In this document: positions 10,128-24,667 of the stretch, in pieces | How the letters are laid out: every line of letters begins with the position of its first letter | Numbering within the stretch: position 1 is the first letter of the stretch | Source of the DNA: an uncultured delta proteobacterium | GTDB lineage: Bacteria; Myxococcota_A; Polyangia; Polyangiales; Polyangiaceae | Assembly (NCBI GenBank): GCA_963716725.1 | Contig: CAVQUB010000005.1 | Coordinates: 576,001 to 640,000 of the forward strand | Direction of reading: 5' to 3' | Length of the DNA stretch: 64,000 nucleotides | Notes under the pieces: model-generated | Told to the model about the DNA's origin: nothing | What the model saw: the letters and a program-made list of their open reading frames with translations, nothing else | The model's database searches: none | Program-made: the position numbers and the translations under genes

Positions 10128-10438
10128 GGGGCTTCCGAACGTACGCGAGTCCTAGAGCAATCCCCATGCCGTCCGCGATCCGGCTCTGAATCGGCGGCGC
10201 CAGGACTGGGCTGTTGGCTGGGGGCGCCAGCCTGTCGCATCCAGCCAGCAAGTCCGGCCCGGCCGCGCAGGTCCGCAGCGCTATTGGGCCAGGCACGCGG
10301 CTTGCTCACCCCGAGCGCCAGCCGGTCAGCAGAAGAACAGACGCATCGAGTTCAAGCTGCTCTCGAAGTGAGGCCAGCGCCAGCAGGCGCCGGCAATCAT
10401 CGGCCCCGGGTGTCTTCGCGCTGGGAACGCCCCCGCCC

Positions 10439-11257
10439 TCACCGCCCGCGGGCGACCTTCGCTTCGAGTTCCAGCACCCGGCGCTCGAGTTCTTCGGCGC
10501 GTGCGCGCTCTTGTTCCTTGGCAGCGCGCTCTTGTTCCTTGGCAGCGCGCTCTTGTTCCTTGGCAGCGCGCTCTTGTTCCTTGGCAGCGCGCTCTTGTTC
10601 CTTGGCAGCGCGCTCGATCTCGAGGGGCGTCTGCCAGCGCTGCACAAACCCGGGATCGTCGGCGATCTCGACGCTCTCGCCCGCGACGCGCACCCAGGCG
10701 CCGAGGGCTTCGATCTCGACGGGCCCCCCTCCGCGGTAAACGCAGCGGAACGGTCCGCCGCGATCGCTGCGCCAGAGCTGCAGCGGAACCGGTCCGCCGT
10801 GGGAGCGCGGCCCCTGCAATCGGGCGTCGATCACCCACAGCTCCCGGACGCCCGACACGGCGTACTTGTCTTGCACGACCGCGTAGTCTTTGTACGGGTG
10901 GCCGGGGCTCACGACCTCGATGGCCAGGCGCGGCACGCTGTGGCCTGGCGTCCAGGTGCACAGGCTGGTCAGGTCAGCCGCGCCCGGCGGCGTGGGCTCG
11001 ATCAGGCACAGATCGGGATCCACGCCGACCTTGGGGCGCTCCTGGATCCATCGGAACGCGAGGTTGCGGGCCACGATTGCGTCGCGCTCGGTGCGCTCCA
11101 CCCAGGCCACGAGCAACCCCTTCAAATGCTCGACCAACAGCTCATGAGGGCGCGACTCGGGCACGAGGATCTCCGGCAGCTCCCACGCGTCCGGCACGGA
11201 CCGCACTTCGTAGTGAAGCTCGATCCGCGCGCTCGTTCCGATACCGCTGACCATCAT
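10439..11257 (-). CDS. Uma2-family PD-(D/E)XK endonuclease-like protein with coiled-coil repeat tail
   Basis: ESRPH, VDPDL, PRLAIEVVSP, YAVSGVRELWVID; (ERAAKEQ)n tail. Confidence 0.88.
   Translation of the reverse strand: MMVSGIGTSARIELHYEVRSVPDAWELPEILVPESRPHELLVEHLKGLLVAWVERTERDAIVARNLAFRWIQERPKVGVDPDLCLIEPTPPGAADLTSLCTWTPGHSVPRLAIEVVSPGHPYKDYAVVQDKYAVSGVRELWVIDARLQGPRSHGGPVPLQLWRSDRGGPFRCVYRGGGPVEIEALGAWVRVAGESVEIADDPGFVQRWQTPLEIERAAKEQERAAKEQERAAKEQERAAKEQERAAKEQERARAEELERRVLELEAKVARGR
10503..10615. repeat. 21-bp perfect tandem repeat, five copies plus a partial (encodes ERAAKEQ)
   Basis: Unit GCGCGCTCTTGTTCCTTGGCA. Confidence 0.95.
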
Positions 11258-11312
11258 CGGTAGCTTACCTCGCCTGGGGAGCGACTTCACGGGCCGCTCG
11301 CCCCCTGCGCAG

Positions 11313-11328
11313 TGCAGCGCGCATGCCA
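11313..11328 (-). promoter_or_regulatory. Candidate sigma54 promoter upstream of the Uma2 gene
   Basis: Minus strand TGGCATGCGCGCTGCA, about 55 nt upstream of the start; 15/16 identical to the site at 511. Confidence 0.5.
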
Positions 11329-11457
11329 GGGCGGAGGGCCCGAATTTTCAGCCACGGCGCGCGCTCGCCTGCGCTGGCCGCCGCTGGCCGCCGCTGGCCA
11401 CGCCCTGGCGGTCACCACGCTTGCGTCGCTGCGCTACCCGGGAGAAGACCGCGAGGC

Positions 11458-11670
11458 ATGCTCTGGAACGAAATCCCCCCCGACGCCAAGGGCCCCGTCT
11501 TCGAAGCCCTCGAGCGCGAGGCCGATCGGCTCGAGCGCGACGCGGTTCACCTTCAGAACGCGGCTCAGCAGCTCGGTCGACCCTCGCTCGTCGAGCGGAC
11601 CGAGCTCAGAGCCAATGCCTTCCGTGCCGCCATCGAGGCGCTGGGCGGCCCCGGCATCTTCGACGATTGA
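11458..11670 (+). CDS. Small helical hypothetical protein (70 aa)
   Basis: GAGG before ATG; MLWNEIPPDAKG...GPGIFDD with host-like codon use. Confidence 0.6.
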   Translation: MLWNEIPPDAKGPVFEALEREADRLERDAVHLQNAAQQLGRPSLVERTELRANAFRAAIEALGGPGIFDD

Positions 11671-11697
11671 CCAACCGCCGCGCCTGCCGCCCGCTCG

Positions 11698-13053
11698 CTA
11701 CTTGCGAACGACGACGTGAACCTTCTTCTCGCCGGGCAGGGACACCCCGTGCCAGCCCTCGGGCACCTCTGGCTCGACCCACTGCCAGACGCGCAGCGCG
11801 TCGTGCGGTGACATTTGGATCTGGCCCTGACCGTTCTCGATCCCAAAGCGGTTGTGCCAGGGCGCCCCGATCAGCATCTGCCCGCTCGTGAGCTGGATGG
11901 CCCACGGCGCGTCGTAGACGTCGAACAGCTCCTCGATGCCCTTGGGATTGAACTTGGAGGCCGTCACGTGCTTCCCGCTCAGCTCGAAGCTGCCCTGGGC
12001 CGTCGAGGCTGTGGCTTTGGGATCTCCCAGGCGGTCGCGGCCGGTGCTGACCAGGGTGACGAAGACCGGCTTCTTGCCTTCGTAGAGCACCATCGTGTTG
12101 GTCACGATGCTGACGTCGATCCACTTCTGATCGCCCTCGGCGAAGTCCGGCCAAGCGTTGCGCCGGCGCACGGTGATCACGTCACGGTGTCGCGCGTAGC
12201 GCCCGTCTGCAGTGCCCCAGTATTTGAGCGGGCCGACGGTCCGGAACTTCCCGGTCAGGTGCAAGACCTGATGGAACTCGAGCGGATCGAGCTTGTCGGC
12301 CTCGCCCTTCTCGACCTGCCACGCCCGAACGCCGCGCTTGACCACGAAGGCCACGGGCAGCTCCGTCTTGTCGTTGAGCTCGACGCCTTTGAACTCGCTG
12401 CCGGCGACGGGCTCGAGATCGGTGGCCTTCACGAACTGTCCGCTGGGCGTCAGCGCGAGACGCTGCATCTTGCCCTCGGGGTCCATGGCGTTCCACGAGC
12501 CGACCACCGCAATGATGCTGCGACGCCGGAGCTTGCCGACCTCCTTGACCGCGCTCTCTTTGTCGGTGTCGCGCTCGAAGAGGCCGCTCTCGTTCTTGAG
12601 CCTGCCGTAGACGAAGGGCGCGGGCTGATCGAGCTTGGGCCCCTGAGCCATGGCGACCAGAGTGGGGTGCTTCAGATCGACCGTCGCGGTGTCACCCGCG
12701 CAGACGAAACCCCGGGGTCGCACCGGGTACCAGCCCCCCGGGCACTTGTCGTTGTTGAAGGGCTTCTCTGCCCGCGCGACCAGCGCTCCGGCGTGCAGGT
12801 AGCCGAGCTGCTTGCCGGTCGTCGACGGGCGGTCCATCACCGGCGTCACCTCGGCGACGGCGCCGAGCTTCGGGCCATTGGCTGGCGGGATCGGCACGCT
12901 GGGCACCTCGACCTCCTCCGTCTTCGAGAGCGACGGCAGGTCGTCGTGCTTCTTCGAACAGGCGGGTGCGGTGGCGAAAACGACCAACGCGAGCGTCAGA
13001 GCCCCGGAGGGGACGGCGGTGAACATGCGACGGGCCATGCCCTCCGGTGGCAT
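11698..13053 (-). CDS. L,D-transpeptidase (YkuD)-fold lipoprotein with degenerate active site
   Basis: Lipobox APAC; KWIDVSI..LYEG..PVFVTLVSTG is typical of myxobacterial LDTs. Start uncertain (13026-13053). Confidence 0.8.
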   Translation of the reverse strand: MPPEGMARRMFTAVPSGALTLALVVFATAPACSKKHDDLPSLSKTEEVEVPSVPIPPANGPKLGAVAEVTPVMDRPSTTGKQLGYLHAGALVARAEKPFNNDKCPGGWYPVRPRGFVCAGDTATVDLKHPTLVAMAQGPKLDQPAPFVYGRLKNESGLFERDTDKESAVKEVGKLRRRSIIAVVGSWNAMDPEGKMQRLALTPSGQFVKATDLEPVAGSEFKGVELNDKTELPVAFVVKRGVRAWQVEKGEADKLDPLEFHQVLHLTGKFRTVGPLKYWGTADGRYARHRDVITVRRRNAWPDFAEGDQKWIDVSIVTNTMVLYEGKKPVFVTLVSTGRDRLGDPKATASTAQGSFELSGKHVTASKFNPKGIEELFDVYDAPWAIQLTSGQMLIGAPWHNRFGIENGQGQIQMSPHDALRVWQWVEPEVPEGWHGVSLPGEKKVHVVVRK

Positions 13054-13139
13054 GCGCAGCGCAGATTGGCCCAATTTGCTGCCGAGAACTCCCGAAACTT
13101 TCCCGGGGCCGCGCACGATCCGACCGGCGAAGCCCCAGC

Positions 13140-13994
13140 TCAGTCGCCCGGCACCGGATTTGCGCAGCAACGGATGCCGACGTACTCGTCCCCGGCGCCC
13201 GCGGACATCGTCGCGTCCGACTGGCAACGCGCGTCCTCGAGCGGCGAGACCACGCTGCCTCCACGCAGCCGGCAGGTGCCGTTGCCAGAGTCCGCGGTGT
13301 TGCAGGAGTCCTCCCACTCTGCCACGTTGCCGCTCAGGTCGAGCAAGCCGGTGAAGCCGCCTTCGCACGCGCTGTTCCAGCCGACGTAGTTCGCCTTCTT
13401 GGCGGTCGGGTGCTCCGCCGTAAAGCACCTCATGCTTTCGAAGGTATTGCCGTAGGGGTACGTGCGCTCACCGCCGCGGCTGCACGCGAAATACCACTCG
13501 CTCTCGCCGGGAGCGGCGAACTTGCTGAACTTCGCGGCGCCTCCGCCGGGGCGTCCGCACAGCCGCTGACCCGCCCACTGGCAATACGCCCGAGCATCGC
13601 ACCAGTCCACGTTGACCCGCGGGCGCAGCGAGCGGGGCGTCTTGGAGGCCCACGGGATTTCGTAGTGGGTGTTCGAGGCACAGCCCGCCGGCTGACCGGC
13701 GATGGAGGGATTCTGGTCCAGGAAGTCGGCGTAGTCGTGCTCGGTCACCTCGGTCGAGCCGACGCAGAACCAGCCCGCCGGTGACTCGACGGCGACCAGC
13801 TCCGGCCCCGGGCCGTCCGGGCAGAAGACCGCGAGCCCACCCGAGCCGCCGACGCCGCCCTGTCCGCCGCTCGCACCGGCCGCGCCGCCGTCCGGCGCGC
13901 CGCCTGCGCCTCCGGCCACGACGATGGTCTCCGTCCGGCCGGAACACGCGGCGCCAAACAGGCCGAGCGGCAGCAGCCAAGCGCAGCGCCACAT
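13140..13994 (-). CDS. SUMF1/FGE-sulfatase-domain lipoprotein
   Basis: Lipobox, Gly linker, TEVT, VDWCDARAYCQW, EWYFAC, DLSGNVAEW, RGGS, GIRCC. Confidence 0.9.
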   Translation of the reverse strand: MWRCAWLLPLGLFGAACSGRTETIVVAGGAGGAPDGGAAGASGGQGGVGGSGGLAVFCPDGPGPELVAVESPAGWFCVGSTEVTEHDYADFLDQNPSIAGQPAGCASNTHYEIPWASKTPRSLRPRVNVDWCDARAYCQWAGQRLCGRPGGGAAKFSKFAAPGESEWYFACSRGGERTYPYGNTFESMRCFTAEHPTAKKANYVGWNSACEGGFTGLLDLSGNVAEWEDSCNTADSGNGTCRLRGGSVVSPLEDARCQSDATMSAGAGDEYVGIRCCANPVPGD

Positions 13995-13995
13995 G

Positions 13996-14696
13996 TCAGC
14001 CTCCCCCGCTCAGGTAGGCGTCTCGGTATTTCAGCGCCCAGGCTCTGGCCTCGTCGCACTCGAGGTCGAAGTCGATCTTCGGAGCGAGCTTCCCGACGGT
14101 CTCGCACATCAGCCACTTCTCCGTGGAACACTCGGACTTTGGCCGGTGGTTCATGGACAGCACGTGCCCAAGCTCGTGCGACAGGACCAAGTCGGCGTTT
14201 ACCCCGCCGAGGTTCTCCAGACCAACCACCACAAACCCGGCGTCCGAGCAGCCCGAGTCCTCGGGGTCGCACGCGACGTCTACGACGGGAATGGCCTCGT
14301 GGCACGCTGTGGGCTGCACAGTCCAGTTGAAGATGACCCGCGGGAGGTCGCTGCGCACGCCAGGCAGCGCGTTTGCGAGCGCATCCAGGGAATACAGGCG
14401 GGGGCGGATCTCGTAGGCGGAGTCGCAGAGCAGCTTCTCGGCGCGCCCGTCGAGCCGCTTCAGCTCGAAGCGCTCCCCACTTCGTGTCGTTCAGGCGCTT
14501 CGCCTGCTCCCCGAATGGCGTGTTGGTCAGAAGAACGTCCTCGCTGAGCACCGGGTTGTCCCGATCCACCACGATGCAGTCGCATCCTGGATCCTCGTCG
14601 GCGTTGCCGTTGGCGGCGACGTTCTCGTTGGTCTGACAAGCGCTAGCCCCCAACGCCAGCGCCACTACCCCCCCCCTGCAATAGACGTGCTCGCAT
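13996..14696 (-). CDS. Putative zincin metallopeptidase lipoprotein (two +1 frameshifts in G runs)
   Basis: GGGAGG RBS then MRARLLQGG|VVALALGASAC; HELGHVLSMNH and a downstream LM turn. The frame is restored by removing one G at 14668-14676 and one at 14475-14478. Confidence 0.65.
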
Positions 14697-14864
14697 TCTG
14701 ACCTCCCAGTTGGAATGCTACGCGCATGTGAGCGCTTCATCAAGCGAGGGCGCGTGGTCGGCGTCTTGGATGCCTTCGCGCTGGGCTCGAGTGGTGAGAC
14801 CCCAAATGCAGCACGGCCACGCGAGCCGAGACCCACGTGGCCGAGTTGCACCGAGAGCTGGAGC

Positions 14865-15599
14865 TCAGTTGTTGCGCGGGCGCGCCTCGCTCCAGGGCGT
14901 CTTCGGATCACGCACCGCGGTCCGGTCGTAGTTCCACATCACCCGCTGGTAGGGCCGGTTGATGTAGTGCAGGGGTGCCACGATGATGTGCACCAGCCGC
15001 GTGAACGGGAAGAGCGCGAGGATCAGGAAGGCGTTGATGATGTGCAGCTGGATCATCAGCGGCATGGCGCTGACGGCCGTGATCTGCGGATCGAGCTTGA
15101 ACAGCGACCACAGGTAGGGCGAGAGATCCGCGGCAAACCACGAGGCGCCCCAGCGGTACGCCCAGCGCGATCCACAGGCCGAGCACCATCTGCACGAGCA
15201 GCAGCAGCTCGAGCACGACGTCCATGCCGCGTCGTGACCATCTTCACGCGCGGGTTGGTGAGCCGGCGCATGATCAGGCCCAGCAGGCCCACCAGCACGC
15301 TCAGGCCGAAGGCCGAACGCGGTGACCTCGCAGCACGATCAGTCGCAGCGGGTTGCTGTTCCAAGCCAGGATGCCGCTCGGGATCAAGAAGGCGATCAGG
15401 TGGCCGAAGAACACCACCAGGATGCCCGAAGTGAAAGGGCACCGAGCCCCAGAACAGCTGCTTGCCCTCGAGGAACTGCGAGGACAGGGACGAGACCTTG
15501 AAGCCCGTGTTCCGATAGCGCTGAATCGTGCCGATCAGGAAGATGAGCAAGGCGGCGTAGGGGAGGCCTACGAAGAGGAACAGGTTCGGCAGAGTTCAT
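14865..15599 (-). CDS. narI: Respiratory nitrate reductase gamma subunit (frameshifted)
   Basis: Fragments SSLSSQFLE, WGSVPFHFG, QLHIINAF..FPFTRLVH across several frames. Confidence 0.9.
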
Positions 15600-15610
15600 C
15601 GTCGTACCTC

Positions 15611-16308
15611 TCACGCGCCCGTGGCGCAGGTGCCGCTGGCTTCGATCCCCATCTCGGCATCGACGGAGCGCTACGAAAGTCGACTTCCTGCTCCATGGGC
15701 AGGCTCGACCTTCAGGCCGAAATCCGCTTGCAGCACCTCGTAGCAGCGCCTCGAGGGCGTGGCGGTAAGCGGTGCGCTGAGCTCGCCCTCGGCGGCTCGA
15801 TGATGGTCTTGTGGTGCTTCTTGTAGATCTCTTCCTTCTTGGCGATGCGTGCGGGCTCGAACTCCCGAATCATCTCGCGCAGCGCCGGCGCCGAGGAGCA
15901 CGCGCACCAGCTCCTCCCGCACCTCACCTGTCCGCCATCTTCGGCAGCAGGCGCAGCACGTTGGGCAGGTGGTCCGCCAGCTCGATGCCGCAGTCGTTGC
16001 TCGGCCTGCGTGTGCTCGGCGCTCAGGTTGGCCAAGAGCGCGCCGCGCTTGTAGTCCTCGCCGAAGAGCGTGTAGCCGATGTCGAGCGAGGTGATGGCCT
16101 GGACGTCGAAGGTGCGCGGTGCAGCTCCTGCAGCGCGAGCAGATCTCCCTGGGCAACAGCCCGCGAGAGTCTCGATGGAGCTCGCGGCGGCGCGGGTAGG
16201 TCGCCCGGCAGATCCGCGGCGATGCCACGGATCCGCTCGGGGAAGCCCGGCGTCGGGCGCCTCGAAGAGAGGCGCCAGCCGCGCGTAGTGTTCGAGATTG
16301 ACGGTCAT
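15611..16308 (-). CDS. narJ: Nitrate reductase assembly chaperone (frameshifted)
   Basis: TFDVQAITSLDIGYTLFGEDYKRGALL and ELADHLP-like fragments; located between narH and narI. Confidence 0.8.
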
Positions 16309-16309
16309 C

Positions 16310-17867
<1,558 letters not shown>

Positions 17868-17884
17868 TTCGTTTCTCCCTGTCC

Positions 17885-21528
<3,644 letters not shown>

Positions 21529-21582
21529 GGCTCTAAATCTCCGTCTCGAATGACTTGGTTCGGGTGAGCGTCAGTGGGGCGC

Positions 21583-22428
21583 TTACTGGGATTTGACCTG
21601 GCGGTCGAAGATGGCTTGGTTGACCGGGCCCGACTTGCGGCGGCGCCAAGTGAACGAGTAGAGGCCCATGAGGACCAGGAACATGGCGACGCCGCCGATG
21701 ACCAGCTTGTTGCCGTAGTCCACCGGCGTCTGCATCGCGCGCTTCTTGTCGACGTCTTGCAGGAACGCCACCAGCGCACGGGTCTCTTCCGGAGTGATCT
21801 GGGCGTTCTTGTAGGCGGCCTCCATCACTGGGAAGGGCGGCTTGCCGAGGATCGCGCTCATGCCGGGCGCGCCCATGCGAGTGAACACCTCGGTGAGGTC
21901 TTTGGCCAACACGCCGCCGCCGATTACGGCGTCGTTCGTCACGTGGTGGCACGAGTTGCAGGCCGCGCCGCCGTTCTTGAGCCGCGTGAGCCCCTGGAAC
22001 AGGCGACCGCCGAGCTCGATGTCCGCCGGCGTGACGGGCGTGGCCGCCGGAGCCGCGCCTGCCGCGTCGCCGGAGCCGCCCGCCTTGATGAATCCGAGGA
22101 CCTCTTTGATCTCCGCTTCCGAGAGCGCCACGTCCGGCATGGGCGTCTTGTTGTGTTCCTCGAAGAGCTTCACCGCGACCGGATCGCCCGAGGCGATCAC
22201 GGTTTGCGACGACTTGATGAATTTGAGCAGCCAGGCCTCGTCCCGGCGTTCGGTCACGCCCTTGAGGTCGGGCCCAACCCGCTTGCCGCCGCCGATGGTG
22301 TGACAAGCGGCGCAGGTGCCGTTGAAACTCTGCTCGCCGGTGGCCTGGGCGGTGCCCATGCCGAGCGAGAAAACCAGGGCCAGAGCGGCGCTCGAAACGA
22401 GCGTGCGCAAGAGCGTGTTCAGATTCAT
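21583..22428 (-). CDS. Membrane-anchored dihaem cytochrome c (NarC-like)
   Basis: GGAGG RBS, signal peptide, CAACH and CNSCH motifs, C-terminal TM helix; directly upstream of narG. Confidence 0.88.
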   Translation of the reverse strand: MNLNTLLRTLVSSAALALVFSLGMGTAQATGEQSFNGTCAACHTIGGGKRVGPDLKGVTERRDEAWLLKFIKSSQTVIASGDPVAVKLFEEHNKTPMPDVALSEAEIKEVLGFIKAGGSGDAAGAAPAATPVTPADIELGGRLFQGLTRLKNGGAACNSCHHVTNDAVIGGGVLAKDLTEVFTRMGAPGMSAILGKPPFPVMEAAYKNAQITPEETRALVAFLQDVDKKRAMQTPVDYGNKLVIGGVAMFLVLMGLYSFTWRRRKSGPVNQAIFDRQVKSQ

Positions 22429-22593
22429 CTTCAGGCCTCCGTTGAGCGGCGTCGCTGCAAGCTCGTCGCCGTCGCTTGGAGGCATAGCCCCGGGCACTTA
22501 CACGGCGCTTACGGCAGATCCTGGCCAAAAGCGCCGTCCATCGGGTGTCAACGGGGTGTCGAGGACGAAGGGAGCGCCCGGCCGAGGGGCCAG

Positions 22594-22607
22594 TTGACGG
22601 ATATCAT
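22594..22607. promoter_or_regulatory. FNR/DNR-like box upstream of the cytochrome c-nar operon
   Basis: TTGAC-GGAT-ATCAT, 8/10 match to TTGAT-N4-ATCAA. Confidence 0.5.
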
Positions 22608-22646
22608 GGGTGGCGGGCACCGGAGGTCGAGGTACCATCGTCAGCC

Positions 22647-23330
22647 ATGAGGGTGCTCAGGGGATCATTGGTCGCAGCGCTCGGGCTGGCGACGCTCCAG
22701 TCCTGCTCGGAAGACGAATCCAAGAAGGCGGTCAAGGACGCCGGCAGTGACACCAACGTCGGTGGTAGCGGTGGCAGCGTCGGTGGCGCCGGCGGGACCA
22801 GCGGCAGTGGCGGGACCAGCGGCAGCGGCGGGACCAGCGGCAGCGGCGGGGTGACGGACGCCAGCGTCGATGCGGACGCCGGGCCCGCTTGCGCCGATCC
22901 GGATGCGACCACGGCTCAGTGGCGCGATTGGGCGGCCAACGTCTGCAAGCCTTGCCCTGCCTCCAAGGCGACATGCAAGGATCTCGTCCTGGCGAGCTCC
23001 GCGTTCGATGCGTCCGCGAAGCAGCTCACGCTCAGCTTGAACTCTGGCGTGACGGAGATCGTATCGGGGACGGTCTCGTTCACCTGGAACACGATGGCGA
23101 CCGATGGAAGCGTGAACACCGGGACGGTGACGAACCACGTGCTCGGGGTGAACAAGAACACGCTCACGGCAGATCTGAAGAGCCCGCTCCCCGCTGGCGT
23201 GACCAGCCTGACCCAGCTCACCGCATCGCTCACCGACGCCTGCGGCCAGACGTACACGGTCTCCGACTTCGGCGCGGTCATCGACTCGGATGACGGCGGC
23301 ACGACGTTGAACATCTACTGCGAGCAGTAG
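22647..23330 (+). CDS. Hypothetical lipoprotein with (GGTSGS)n linker
   Basis: Lipobox LQSC; three 18-bp repeats at ~22791-22850; Cys/Thr-rich domain. Confidence 0.75.
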   Translation: MRVLRGSLVAALGLATLQSCSEDESKKAVKDAGSDTNVGGSGGSVGGAGGTSGSGGTSGSGGTSGSGGVTDASVDADAGPACADPDATTAQWRDWAANVCKPCPASKATCKDLVLASSAFDASAKQLTLSLNSGVTEIVSGTVSFTWNTMATDGSVNTGTVTNHVLGVNKNTLTADLKSPLPAGVTSLTQLTASLTDACGQTYTVSDFGAVIDSDDGGTTLNIYCEQ

Positions 23331-24664
23331 CCGCCCGCGATCTGGCACACGAAATCCTCGAACTTGCCGCCAGGCGAGCGCGCGATGGTCTCGCGGTACG
23401 CGATGTCGAGCGAGAACGGGTGGCCCAGCGTCTCGAGCACGAAGCTGCGCAGGCGCTGCTCTTCGTCCGGGTCGAGGGGCCGGTCTGCCACGATCTCCAG
23501 GACCAGGGATTCTATGCCGGTCTGAACCAGCCGGAACTGCCGCAGGGGAAACAGCTTGCCCAGCACCGGCGAGCCGTAGCGGGGCCAGAGCACGTCGCCA
23601 TCCGGTAGCCGCAGCATGTTGCGTGCGCGTCCCAAGATGCGCTCGATCACCGGCAGGCCGCGCCCGCAGGGGCAGGGGGCGCCCACGGTGGCGTAGTCGC
23701 CGAGGTCGTAGCGAATGAGCGGCATCGCGAAGGCATGCAGGGCAGTGGCCACGACGCGCCCCGACTCCCCAATGGCGCACGGCGCGCCATCGTCGCGCAG
23801 GATCTCCACGAAGACGTGCTCCGACTGCACGTGGTAGTGCTCGTGCTCGGGGCACTGCAACGCGACGTAGCCGAGCTCGACCGTGGAATAGGCGTCGACC
23901 AGCGGCACGCCGAGGACGCGTTGGCAGCTCTCCCGCAAGTCCGCTGGGAGCACCTCGCCGAGAGTACCCAGCTCGAGCAGATCGGGTAGCTCCGTTCCTT
24001 GGTCTTCGATCTCGGCGATCAAGGCAGCGGCGTTGTTGGGATAGGTCACGAGGTACGAAGGGGCCTCGCGCTCGAGCCACGCCAGCTGATCGCGCACGGG
24101 CGTGTGCACGTCCAAGAGGGCTAGCGGTCCGCTGCCCGTGCTCGGAGCCCAACGCGGCTCGTGCTTGCCGTGCGGAGCGCGTGCGCCGGATTTGATGGCG
24201 CGGATCCCCGCTGCCTTGCGACCGAGGTCGCGTCCGTGCCAGCGGTGATCGCGCAGCGCCAGCGCCTCACCGATGGCGGCGCTGATCGCGTCGATCTTCA
24301 CCGTCACGTGCTTGCCGGTGGAGCCCGAGGTGTTGGCCTCGTGGAGCACGCGGTGAGCCGCCGGGGTGTCGCTGCTCACCAGGGCGTCGGCGTGATCGCG
24401 CAGGGATTCGCGCGTCAGGAGCGGGATTTCACGAAAGCGTCCGGGGTCCCGTGCATCGGTCGGCAAGTTCGCATAGTGCGGCACGGTCGCTCGCGCGTGG
24501 GCGAGGAGACGCCCCAGCCGCGCCCGTTGGTGGGTCTCCAGCTCCCGCGCGCTCAGGCGCTCGGTGGCTGTCAGGAGCTCCGCCATGTGTGCTCGCGAGC
24601 TGCCTCGAGCCGCGAGCTCGGCCAAGACCTCGAGCACCGAATCCCCGGAGCCGACCTCGGGCAC
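23315..24664 (-). CDS. Phenylacetate-CoA ligase/CapK-like adenylate-forming enzyme
   Basis: TSGSTG, YSTVELG, MPLIRYDLGD, CPCGRGLP, GR, GKF. Confidence 0.85.
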   Translation of the reverse strand: MPEVGSGDSVLEVLAELAARGSSRAHMAELLTATERLSARELETHQRARLGRLLAHARATVPHYANLPTDARDPGRFREIPLLTRESLRDHADALVSSDTPAAHRVLHEANTSGSTGKHVTVKIDAISAAIGEALALRDHRWHGRDLGRKAAGIRAIKSGARAPHGKHEPRWAPSTGSGPLALLDVHTPVRDQLAWLEREAPSYLVTYPNNAAALIAEIEDQGTELPDLLELGTLGEVLPADLRESCQRVLGVPLVDAYSTVELGYVALQCPEHEHYHVQSEHVFVEILRDDGAPCAIGESGRVVATALHAFAMPLIRYDLGDYATVGAPCPCGRGLPVIERILGRARNMLRLPDGDVLWPRYGSPVLGKLFPLRQFRLVQTGIESLVLEIVADRPLDPDEEQRLRSFVLETLGHPFSLDIAYRETIARSPGGKFEDFVCQIAGGYCSQ

Positions 24665-24667
24665 GGG

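Noticed and set aside
22791..22850. Short coding repeats (GGTSGS; PTAPA at 52830-52882)
   Set aside because: Ordinary low-complexity linkers, typical of myxobacterial proteins.
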